From: a virus
Lineage: Duplodnaviria; Caudoviricetes
Virus record (IMG/VR): IMGVR_UViG_3300025101_000005
Coordinates: 1 to 55,708 of that record
Length of the DNA stretch: 55,708 nucleotides
Reading direction: 5' to 3' (one strand)
Below, piece after piece: positions 38,065-45,660 of this stretch (position 1 is its first letter; every line of letters starts with the position of its first letter). Under the pieces are notes generated by a model. The model did no database searches, had not been told where the DNA came from, and saw nothing but the letters and a program-made list of their open reading frames with translations. The translations under genes were made by a program, and so were the position numbers.

Positions 38065-38886
38065 TCAGCTTCCCTTCGGCAACGGTTCATAAAGCTCGTA
38101 AAAGTTACACAGTTCTCTGGCACTTCGTTCGTGTTTCTGGCAATACCAGTCACCATCTGACTTGGCGATTGCAAACCTACACGTCGTGCATGATTTAGGA
38201 ACATCAATTTGTCCCCAACACGCACCCCTTTTAAAACACCCTCGGCATCTCCAATCTGTTTCGTCATTGCTAATCTTCCTCGCTTTGTTAAGTAAAACCC
38301 TTTCAATCCGTTCTTTAATAAACATAAACTCAAGGTCATCATAATCCACAATCTCAGAATGGTATTCGCTAGTATTCTTATTGATTGCTATAAAAAAAGA
38401 TGTCGGCATTTGCGACATCCCCATCATCATTTGTAACTGTGAGTAGTATCTTGGATGTGATTTCTTCACACCATCTTTATAAAACTTTTTCCATGAAGCA
38501 TCGTTCATGCTTTTGATTTCAAGAACATGCAAGTCTTCCTTGCTTTCGTCTAGCTGTATGTGTCCATCCATGTGACAGACGACATGACCCCCTAGTTCTT
38601 CGTATGTATGTTGTCTTCCAGTCAGTCCGTCTTTTTCCCAGACTCTGACATCTGCTTTAATTTTTAAATCTCTAACGACTTCGTCTTCAAGAATGTGACC
38701 GAGTCTAAATATTCTTTTTAATCTTGGTGTCGGTGGATTGTTCGGAAACCCACGCAGACTAAATGCTATCTCAGCATCACAAGCAGTACCAATCATAGAC
38801 GCACCGATGTAATCTCTGGCTTTCTCTCTTGGTTCTTTCTCGTAGCCCTCGTCTATTGCTTCTACTACTTTTTTTGCTTCGACCAT
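38065..38886 (-). CDS. Cas4-like PD-(D/E)XK exonuclease
   Basis: IGAS.IG..C, GH..E, HMDG, LEIKS, Y.SQLQ and C-terminal CRGC....C plus a further Cys cluster. Confidence 0.85.
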   Translation of the reverse strand: MVEAKKVVEAIDEGYEKEPREKARDYIGASMIGTACDAEIAFSLRGFPNNPPTPRLKRIFRLGHILEDEVVRDLKIKADVRVWEKDGLTGRQHTYEELGGHVVCHMDGHIQLDESKEDLHVLEIKSMNDASWKKFYKDGVKKSHPRYYSQLQMMMGMSQMPTSFFIAINKNTSEYHSEIVDYDDLEFMFIKERIERVLLNKARKISNDETDWRCRGCFKRGACWGQIDVPKSCTTCRFAIAKSDGDWYCQKHERSARELCNFYELYEPLPKGS

Positions 38887-38900
38887 ATTAAAACCTGTAT

Positions 38901-38939
38901 AAAAAAAGAAGGAGTGGGGAGGATTTCCACTCCTTCTTT
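38901..38939 (-). terminator. intrinsic terminator after the SSB gene
   Basis: AAAGAAGGAGTGG / CCACTCCTTCTTT 13-bp stem with a T-run on the minus strand. Confidence 0.75.
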
Positions 38940-38947
38940 GCTAGTGA

Positions 38948-39433
38948 CTAAAACGGAATTTCGTCGTCTAAGTCTTTATTATCTGAGGGAGAATCAGACT
39001 TGTCAGACTTAGCGTCTGCCTTAGTAGGCATAAACGACTTGACCTCTGAACTCTGTCTTTGAACCCCATCGTCACCAGTCCAAGGCTTCCCTAAACCGAC
39101 TCTGATTTTACATTGCAATCCTTTCAGAGACGCAACATCCCCAGGCTTGTCAGGTGTTGAGTGTCCAGCACAGACAAGAAATGATTTCAACTGTCTGAGA
39201 GCAATCTCTTGTGCCTGACTGCTGGTGTGCTTGATGTTCAAGTTTACCCTTATATCACCTTGACCATCGACATCATCGAAGTCAAGAACCAATTTGCGGT
39301 TGTTGGTTGCACCAACTGGTTCAAGGGATGCACTCTTACATTCCACTGTATAAACGCCTTGTTGAAGACGTGTGCTTCCTGACCCTTCTTCAACTGAAGA
39401 CAAGTCAAGATTAGTAAAGTTCCAATCACTCAT
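38948..39433 (-). CDS. DUF669-like single-stranded DNA-binding protein
   Basis: L..GVY.V N-terminus and acidic tail ending DDEIPF; follows the Sak4-like ATPase. Confidence 0.8.
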   Translation of the reverse strand: MSDWNFTNLDLSSVEEGSGSTRLQQGVYTVECKSASLEPVGATNNRKLVLDFDDVDGQGDIRVNLNIKHTSSQAQEIALRQLKSFLVCAGHSTPDKPGDVASLKGLQCKIRVGLGKPWTGDDGVQRQSSEVKSFMPTKADAKSDKSDSPSDNKDLDDEIPF

Positions 39434-39435
39434 AT

Positions 39436-40191
39436 TTATTTCTCCTCGGCAGTAGCCATTCGTGTTAATAATTCAGTGACATCATCCACTTGTTCAAATG
39501 GTTTCAGTACACTTTTTGGGTCTCTGGTCTTGCCATGCCACCCACTCACTTCGTCCGTAACGATATATCTCTTAACCTTTGGTAAACCCTTATCGTTTGT
39601 CTCTGTCCGTCTCACACCACACAAGACGTGGTCAAACAAAGCTGGAACTTGTTTCGCAACAGAAGCTCCTTTTACCATTGGCCAATAATGAGTTACATCA
39701 TTAGCGTCCTTCTCCTCCTTCGCCAAACAGGTAACGTAAACGTGCATAGGCAAGTCACGTATCCACTTCAAAGCACCAATCATAATACGTGCATTGTCGC
39801 CCCATATTTTAAAGTTGTTGCTCTCTCCCTGATTTTCTTGCTCAAGATGCTCCATCAATCTGTCTGACATCTCTGTCAAACTATCAATGGCTATCCACTT
39901 GTAACCTTGCTTGGCAAATTCTTCCGTCTTAATCATCTGCATAATTCCACGGAAACTATACGTTCCACTCTCAGGCTCGTGCTTACCAGCCCAAGAAGTA
40001 AAAGGAACATAGTCTATCTCTACGTCTTCGATTGATTTCAACCCAGCCTCACCAGAAAGAATGAGACCCTTACCGTATCTAGCTTGGTAATATCTACACT
40101 GAAATGTTTTACCAAACCCATGATGCGCATAAAGAAGAACCTTCGTAGGCCCATCTTGCATAATGTCTTTTGTGCTAAACGTTTTGAACAT
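39436..40191 (-). CDS. Sak4-like (AAA_24) recombination ATPase
   Basis: KVLLYAHHGFGKT Walker A, IAIDSLTE Walker B, GKTR near the C-terminus. Confidence 0.85.
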   Translation of the reverse strand: MFKTFSTKDIMQDGPTKVLLYAHHGFGKTFQCRYYQARYGKGLILSGEAGLKSIEDVEIDYVPFTSWAGKHEPESGTYSFRGIMQMIKTEEFAKQGYKWIAIDSLTEMSDRLMEHLEQENQGESNNFKIWGDNARIMIGALKWIRDLPMHVYVTCLAKEEKDANDVTHYWPMVKGASVAKQVPALFDHVLCGVRRTETNDKGLPKVKRYIVTDEVSGWHGKTRDPKSVLKPFEQVDDVTELLTRMATAEEK

Positions 40192-40609
40192 TTTTAACTA
40201 CCCTCACTTTCGGTTTGTCTAAATTGCGTGTTAAGCAATATCTGATTTCATTTTGAGTTTCCAAAGGCATCTTTGTGTACTGCCTTTTATCTATGCTAAG
40301 ATTACGCCTTACATAATTTGGAAGAGGTTTCTCTTCAAAATGTTTTTCAAGCGCATCCTTATCCCAAGACCATCTTTCAGTACGAGAAACAGTGACCTCA
40401 TACAATCCTAAGTCTTTGGATTGTGAGCCTGACTCCTCTGGAAATAATCTTGAAATGTCTCCCTCTAGCACAGATATTTGCTCATCGAGGGTCTGCCGTT
40501 CTTGGCTTAGTTTATACAGCTTGGAAGACATTTCCTCCAATCGCTGTGTCGTTTTAGATGCGACATCATCTTTGCGTGTTTTGTCAAACACGTCCCAACT
40601 ATCAGTCAT
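40175..40609 (-). CDS. hypothetical protein, recombination module
   Basis: AGGAGG RBS; coiled-coil N-half. Confidence 0.75.
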   Translation of the reverse strand: MTDSWDVFDKTRKDDVASKTTQRLEEMSSKLYKLSQERQTLDEQISVLEGDISRLFPEESGSQSKDLGLYEVTVSRTERWSWDKDALEKHFEEKPLPNYVRRNLSIDKRQYTKMPLETQNEIRYCLTRNLDKPKVRVVKNVQNV

Positions 40610-40649
40610 AAGACCTCCTTATTTTAATGTGTCATCAGCAAATTTTTAT

Positions 40650-40710
40650 GAATGATGACTTGATTAATAATATAGGTGTAGTATAAATTATACATTAATG
40701 CAAGTCAAAA
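40650..40710. promoter_or_regulatory. divergent promoter region with palindromic operator candidate
   Basis: AT-rich spacer between divergent genes. TTGATT at 40660 with TATAAA/TAAATT downstream; palindrome GTATAA-A-TTATAC at 40681-40693. Confidence 0.55.
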
Positions 40711-40720
40711 GGAGAACAAA

Positions 40721-40948
40721 ATGCGACTTAACATCGAGAAGCTCATCACCGATTTGGGTGGGGCGTCTTCGGTGGCTAAGATAACTGGCGTGGTTCGTAC
40801 TGCCCCATACGGCTGGATGAAGAGACGCTATATAAGTAGCCAAGTTCTTGAGAAAATAAAGGAGCATGCTCCAGAAATTGACTTTAACAATTACTTTGAG
40901 GAAGACGAACATGAACGAAAAACTGGCAGCAGCGCTGGATTATCTTGA
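40721..40948 (+). CDS. Cro-like HTH regulator
   Basis: LI..LGG.S.VAK.TGV...A.YGW..R..I pattern; first gene of the divergent unit; AAGGAG RBS. Confidence 0.8.
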   Translation: MRLNIEKLITDLGGASSVAKITGVVRTAPYGWMKRRYISSQVLEKIKEHAPEIDFNNYFEEDEHERKTGSSAGLS

Positions 40949-42812
40949 GAGAGGTTGGTCTGTAATACCAATCAAACCAGACGCTAAAAGACCCGCTATT
41001 AAGTGGAGACAATATCAAGATAAGCCACCTACGGAGAAAGAAGTAGACCAATGGTGGACACAATGGCCTGACTATGACATTGCAATCATAACAGGCGAGG
41101 TAAGTGGAATTGTTGTTGTCGATTGTGACAATGAAGAAGCTTACGAACAGGCAATAAACACAGGCATGCGCTCGGCTTTTACAGTCAAGACGAAAAGAGG
41201 AGTGCATTTATATTTCGAGCATCCCAAAGATGGAGTTCGTCGTGGGCCTCGTGCTGGCGTAAACAGCACGGGCTCCGACTGGCCTCGTATAAATGGGTTG
41301 GATTTTAGAGGCGACGGCTCTTATGCGTTGCTACCTCCAAGTAAAAACTATAGTTGGGAGATAGGTATAGGCTTAGACTGGGATGACATTCCAACTTGGA
41401 AGGATTGGAAACCAGTCTTACCATCTATGGATGGCAAAGACTTTGAGTTCTCACAGCTAGACTTGTCTTCCGTAATGCCATTAGACCCAGACGAGTTTAT
41501 ATCGGAGTGGGATAGGACTGCCAAATATGTCCGTGATTCTTTTCCAAACTCACTGAAGATTCCATCTGGTCTTGGCAACGGACGCAACGAACGTGTGATG
41601 CGTTACATATCTGAATCCATACTTGAAGGGTTCTGGGGTCACGACTTACGTCTTCGTGGCTTTGCGTTTATGAATGAGTTTTTTGAAGCGCCCTTAACAG
41701 AACGTGAGTTTGAGGCAACGGTTCTGTCTATGGAACAATCAGAACGACGTAATCATCCTGACAGATTTGATGAGAAGGGTGACTATATATATAAGCCATA
41801 CATAAATGCTAACCAACCAGTCGAAGCTAGGACACGCAGACTTATACAAATGAAAGATGCAGACCAGCTGTTACAAGAAGCTGATGCAAAGACGTATCTG
41901 ATAGAACCTTGGCTTCCAAGTAATACGATTGTGCAAGTGTTTGGATACAGTGGTCACGGGAAGTCGTTGTTTGTACAACATGCAATGGGTGCTTTGTCTG
42001 CTGGCAACAAATACTTTGGCCCTTTTGAGATAGGTAAACCAGCACGTGTATTGTATATGGACTTCGAGATGGGCATGGCTACCATCGCAAGACGATTGAT
42101 TGACTTGAAATCAATACATTCTGACACGGCTGACAGACTCAATATCTGGACTCCGTTTATTGATAAGAAAGAAATTAATCTGCACAACAGAGATGGTTTA
42201 CAGGAACTGCAAGGTTGGATTGAGTTCTCCGACCCAGACGTTGTTGTCATAGATACACTACGAACAGCTTACCCAGGGCTACAGGAGAACAGCTCAGACG
42301 AATGGTCAAAGGTAAACCAGCTCGCAGTGAAGCTCAGAAACTCTGGCTTGTCTGTAATACTTATACATCACAGTAACAAACCAAGTGACAGTGGCATTGG
42401 AAGAGAAGCTGGCTCAACGAATCAGCTTACTACTTTAGAAACACAAATACGTGTAGCACAAGTATTCCAAGACGAAGATACAGCGAAACAAAATGCTGCG
42501 TTGTATGATGGCAACTATGACCAACCTGTCTGGCCCTTGCTGCAAGGAAGTTTGCCTGAGAACTTTCGTCTGTATATGGTGATGGAAGTTCGATACGGAA
42601 AAGTTCGTGAGTGGACAGACCTACACGATAGAGTTCAGTGGCTAGGGTTTTCTGCAAACGATATTACTGGCGAGAAGCGTATCGTCGCTAGCAAATCTAC
42701 AAAACAAAAAGCAAAAGAGATGGCTCTGAATGGATTAGACGCCGAGCATATAGCCGAAAAGCTTGGCAAGCCTCTTACTTTGGTTCGTCTTTGGTTGGAG
42801 TTATCGAAGTAA
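40911..42812 (+). CDS. bifunctional primase-polymerase fused to RepA/AAA_25 helicase
   Basis: GWSVIP, K.P...W, IITG..SGIVVVDCD, RGVHLYF, DFRGDGSY..PPS; GNGRN (PriCT-like); GYSGHGKS, VVIDTL, IHHSNK; C-terminal HTH-like end. Confidence 0.9.
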   Translation: MNEKLAAALDYLERGWSVIPIKPDAKRPAIKWRQYQDKPPTEKEVDQWWTQWPDYDIAIITGEVSGIVVVDCDNEEAYEQAINTGMRSAFTVKTKRGVHLYFEHPKDGVRRGPRAGVNSTGSDWPRINGLDFRGDGSYALLPPSKNYSWEIGIGLDWDDIPTWKDWKPVLPSMDGKDFEFSQLDLSSVMPLDPDEFISEWDRTAKYVRDSFPNSLKIPSGLGNGRNERVMRYISESILEGFWGHDLRLRGFAFMNEFFEAPLTEREFEATVLSMEQSERRNHPDRFDEKGDYIYKPYINANQPVEARTRRLIQMKDADQLLQEADAKTYLIEPWLPSNTIVQVFGYSGHGKSLFVQHAMGALSAGNKYFGPFEIGKPARVLYMDFEMGMATIARRLIDLKSIHSDTADRLNIWTPFIDKKEINLHNRDGLQELQGWIEFSDPDVVVIDTLRTAYPGLQENSSDEWSKVNQLAVKLRNSGLSVILIHHSNKPSDSGIGREAGSTNQLTTLETQIRVAQVFQDEDTAKQNAALYDGNYDQPVWPLLQGSLPENFRLYMVMEVRYGKVREWTDLHDRVQWLGFSANDITGEKRIVASKSTKQKAKEMALNGLDAEHIAEKLGKPLTLVRLWLELSK

Positions 42813-42978
42813 CTTTTGCATCAGGGAAGTGCTTTCTAATTTCGTCAACTATCTTGGCGACTTCTGGATTGCGCTTCCTATTTTCTTCACGCTGTTTCTC
42901 AATCTCTAGGTCACGATTGTGTTTCCAAGAGTTATATTTATGTTCAATTTCTTTTTGTCTTAGGTTTAATTTTTTCAT
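42775..42978 (-). CDS. hypothetical protein (lone minus-strand gene)
   Basis: Protein-like composition (NR.RNPE.A..VDE.R..F...KV); convergent overlap with the primase end. Confidence 0.55.
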   Translation of the reverse strand: MKKLNLRQKEIEHKYNSWKHNRDLEIEKQREENRKRNPEVAKIVDEIRKHFPDAKVTSITPTKDEPK

Positions 42979-43028
42979 GTATTAAGGATGATACAACGAC
43001 TTTCACTTCGCTAATAACGCCTTAAGTC

Positions 43029-43057
43029 AAAAGGCGGGGTTTACAACCCCGTCTTTT
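43029..43057. terminator. A/T-flanked hairpin, possible bidirectional terminator or origin element
   Basis: AAAAGGCGGGGTT-TAC-AACCCCGTCTTTT 13-bp stem with one G.T pair. Confidence 0.6.
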
Positions 43058-43185
43058 AAAGACTAAACGTTTAGTCGTTGTATCACTTTTGACTGGATAA
43101 ATCAACACCTAGAAAAAAATTTCTTGTAAATATTTGTTATTAGTATTAAATGTTATACTATACATGGAAAAAGGAGCAGTGATAT

Positions 43186-43479
43186 ATGCCAAGAAACATT
43201 CGAGTCTCGGACTCGAACTTATCTTGGCTTCGTCAAAACCATAGAATTAAAACTTACTCTGACATGGCACAACACCTTAATTGTTGTGTCGATACCTTGA
43301 AAAGAATACTTGTAAGAGAAGGCTTGCAAGAGTTCGATGGGGCCAAGTATCAGGTTCGCCGTGACTTCCAAGGAAAAACGTGGGCTAGGCCGTGCATGAA
43401 ATGTAAAGATACGACAGAGCGACCAAAGAATTGGTTTTTTTGTAAGTCTTGTCGTAAAGATTTGGGGTACGAGGATTGA
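43186..43479 (+). CDS. HTH plus C4 zinc-finger protein, candidate transcription regulator
   Basis: TYSDMAQHLNCCVDTLKRILVREGL HTH-like segment; CMKC...CKSC; AAGGAG RBS and upstream TGTTATACT extended -10. Confidence 0.7.
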   Translation: MPRNIRVSDSNLSWLRQNHRIKTYSDMAQHLNCCVDTLKRILVREGLQEFDGAKYQVRRDFQGKTWARPCMKCKDTTERPKNWFFCKSCRKDLGYED

Positions 43480-43859
43480 GTAAGCAAAAGAAAAAAGGCG
43501 ACGACTACGAAAGAGAGTTAGCCAAATACATTAATCAAGAAACAGGACTGAAGACAGCGCACAGAGCCCCATTATCTGGTGGTGGTTACGTGGATATGTC
43601 GGGTGGTGCAGATATTCTTGGTGTCCCAGGGATATTCATAGAAGCTAAACGTGTTGAACGTCTGAACTTCCATGACGCCCTGAGACAAGCCGAACGTAAC
43701 ATAGGAAAAACAAATGCACCAGAGGTTCCTATCGTAATTAATAGAAAAAATAGAATGAGAACAGGCGAAAGCCTTTGTCTTATAAGGCTAGACGACTTCT
43801 TAAAATTTTATTGTAGTTACCTGAGAGAAACAGGTTCAGTTAAATTTAACAACAGATAG
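43476..43859 (+). CDS. Holliday-junction resolvase-like PD-(D/E)XK nuclease
   Basis: KG..YERELA, R.PLSG, ADI, IEAKR.E motifs. Confidence 0.8.
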   Translation: MSKQKKKGDDYERELAKYINQETGLKTAHRAPLSGGGYVDMSGGADILGVPGIFIEAKRVERLNFHDALRQAERNIGKTNAPEVPIVINRKNRMRTGESLCLIRLDDFLKFYCSYLRETGSVKFNNR

Positions 43860-43889
43860 GACGACTAAGACGTTGTCATCCAGTATCTT
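43859..43889 (+). promoter_or_regulatory. phage late promoter motif GGACGAC-N18-TATCTT (basic microprotein operon)
   Basis: Overlaps the last base of the upstream TAG; consensus spacing. Confidence 0.75.
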
Positions 43890-43960
43890 TATTGAAGGTA
43901 GAGAAGTACAGTTTATTGGCTGTATACTTTTGTACATACTTTATAGAGTGGTTTTTGGAT

Positions 43961-44224
43961 ATGGCACGAAAGAAAAGCGTAAAACTGTCAGTAGGAAGAG
44001 GCGAAAAGAGACCCGCCTCCAAAGGGGCGGGCCTCACAGCAAAAGGCAGACGTAAATATAACAAAGCTACAGGCTCTAACTTGAAAGCCCCACAACCACA
44101 AGGTGGTAAGCGTAAGAAATCATACTGCTCAAGGTCTGCTGGTCAGATGAAAATGCACAACATCAGCTGTAAGAAGACTCCAAAGAAAAGAATTTGCGCA
44201 GCCAGACGTAGGTGGAAGTGCTAA
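43961..44224 (+). CDS. 87-aa basic protein (DUF6321-like)
   Basis: Start MARKKSVK; GLTAKGR..YN..TGSNLKAP, R.KSYC.R..G and terminal RRRWKC. Confidence 0.75.
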   Translation: MARKKSVKLSVGRGEKRPASKGAGLTAKGRRKYNKATGSNLKAPQPQGGKRKKSYCSRSAGQMKMHNISCKKTPKKRICAARRRWKC

Positions 44225-44835
44225 TGGCAGACGACTGGGATGAGTTTTCAACACTTGTTGCAGCTGAGATTCAATCTTGGTCTGAAGAAGTATTAGAAAA
44301 ACCAACACCATTATTTGCAGACATGCCCCCATGTCCTTTCGCAAAAAAGGCTTGGCTCGAAGGCAATGTCGTCGTTCATGTAACCGAAAGACTAGAACCT
44401 GTAATAGAAATCAAGAACGAGATGTGTCTTACAGACGAGATAACACACGTTGTAGCATGGACAGGTTGGGAAGACTTGAGCTTTGAAGATTTCAACAGCT
44501 GGCTAGACAATCAAAATAAAAATCATTTTGGAATTTGGTTGATGGGTTTTCACCCTGAAGCCGAATCGCATCCTAACGTACCAGAATTTGAAGGTATCGT
44601 TGAGGACGACTATGCACTACTACTTGTGCAATCATTAGGTTATCTTGTTAAATCTTCTGATAAGTTGAGGAAGACAAACTATTATCAAAAGTTTAATATA
44701 GATGACATAAAGTATATTAATCATCGCAAGGAGGTCTATCATGCGTGGAATGAAAAAATCAATGAAAAAGCCTATGCCAAAGAAGAAAACTATGGCATCA
44801 AAAAAAGGCTCTATGAAGAAAAAAAAGGTCATTAG
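44224..44835 (+). CDS. acidic DUF1415-like protein
   Basis: TAATG coupling; PCPFAKKAW and GFHP motifs; D/E-rich. Confidence 0.65.
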   Translation: MADDWDEFSTLVAAEIQSWSEEVLEKPTPLFADMPPCPFAKKAWLEGNVVVHVTERLEPVIEIKNEMCLTDEITHVVAWTGWEDLSFEDFNSWLDNQNKNHFGIWLMGFHPEAESHPNVPEFEGIVEDDYALLLVQSLGYLVKSSDKLRKTNYYQKFNIDDIKYINHRKEVYHAWNEKINEKAYAKEENYGIKKRLYEEKKGH

Positions 44836-44845
44836 GAGAGCTTAA
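44741..44845 (+). CDS. 34-aa Lys/Met-rich microprotein, overprinted (not in ORF track)
   Basis: AAGGAGG RBS; MRGMKKSMKKPMPKKKTMASKKGSMKKKKVIRRA; stop is TAATG-coupled to 44845. Confidence 0.75.
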   Translation: MRGMKKSMKKPMPKKKTMASKKGSMKKKKVIRRA

Positions 44846-45036
44846 TGATTAAGAAAAACCGAGGCGTTATCTTCGGAACACGTGGCAAAACACCAGGGAT
44901 GCAGTCGATGAAGGTTGGTGGCAAAAACATCAACCCTTATCGTGCAATGTCCATGATGCCTAGCCAGTTCGGAAGAACAACCACAGGAGTAAAACCTATC
45001 TTCGGTGGTCGTGGTCGTTCCCTCAGACGTAGGTAA
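44845..45036 (+). CDS. 63-aa basic microprotein
   Basis: K/R/G-rich with no acidic residues; AGGAG RBS. Confidence 0.7.
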   Translation: MIKKNRGVIFGTRGKTPGMQSMKVGGKNINPYRAMSMMPSQFGRTTTGVKPIFGGRGRSLRRR

Positions 45037-45041
45037 ACACT

Positions 45042-45173
45042 GTGGCTAGTATTGGTAGGAAAGTAAAAGCTGTCGCAAACAAAACGCAGACAGGTAAAAT
45101 GAAGCACGCAAATTGTCCTTGCGTGTTGGCACGAGGTAACAATGGCAAGAAAGTCAACGTCAAAAAAGGGTAA
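45042..45173 (+). CDS. 43-aa basic microprotein (not in ORF track)
   Basis: GTG start after AGGT; MASIGRKVKAVANKTQTGKMKHANCPCVLARGNNGKKVNVKKG fills the gap. Confidence 0.55.
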   Translation: MASIGRKVKAVANKTQTGKMKHANCPCVLARGNNGKKVNVKKG

Positions 45174-45327
45174 GACATCTAGCAAGAAAGACGCTTGTTA
45201 CCACAAAGTTAAGTCACGCTACACAAAATGGCCTAGCGCTTATGCTAGCGGAGCATTAGTTAAATGTAGACGTGTAGGCGCAAAGAACTGGGGTAAGAAG
45301 AGTGGCTCGAAGCGAAAGTCTGCATAA
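45142..45327 (+). CDS. 61-aa basic protein (WPSAYASG family, DUF5872-like)
   Basis: KDACY.KVK.RY.KWPSAYASGALVKCR motif; GAGG RBS. Confidence 0.75.
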   Translation: MARKSTSKKGKTSSKKDACYHKVKSRYTKWPSAYASGALVKCRRVGAKNWGKKSGSKRKSA

Positions 45328-45520
45328 ATGGTTCAGCAGAAACAAAGGCAAAGGCTGGGTAGACTGCAAGACTGGAAAGCCTTGTGGTCGTAAGTCGGCG
45401 AAGGGTAAATCCAAGAGACCTTATCCAGCTTGCAGACCGACGAAGGCTCAATGCTCGTCTGCCAGCAGAAAGAAGAAAGGGCCAGCACGTATCAGCTGGA
45501 AGAAAGGAAAGAAGAAATGA
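45302..45520 (+). CDS. 72-aa basic protein (DUF5872-like)
   Basis: L.KWF...WVD..TGKPCGR...R.YP.CRP motif. Confidence 0.75.
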   Translation: MARSESLHKWFSRNKGKGWVDCKTGKPCGRKSAKGKSKRPYPACRPTKAQCSSASRKKKGPARISWKKGKKK

Positions 45521-45660
45521 GGGGAATGAAGAAAAGCATGACCAAAGGAAAGAGCTTAACTAAAAAGCAAAAGATGATTGCTGGTATGGCTCCTCCGTTT
45601 AACAAGATTACAGGCGCAGACTTCAAGAAGTTAAAGAAGAAGCGCACGAGAACAGCTTGA
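45517..45660 (+). CDS. 47-aa basic microprotein
   Basis: ATGA coupling; MRGMKKSM...LTKKQK.IA...PP..KITGADF..L. Confidence 0.7.
   Translation: MRGMKKSMTKGKSLTKKQKMIAGMAPPFNKITGADFKKLKKKRTRTA

Noticed and set aside
38064-38351. N-terminal part of the 182-aa ORF 37803-38351
   Set aside because: It overlaps the exonuclease in another frame. The coiled-coil product plausibly starts at ATG 38063.
38065-38886. Cas4-like gene as part of a CRISPR-Cas system
   Set aside because: No array or other cas genes. It sits in a standard Sak4/SSB phage recombination module.
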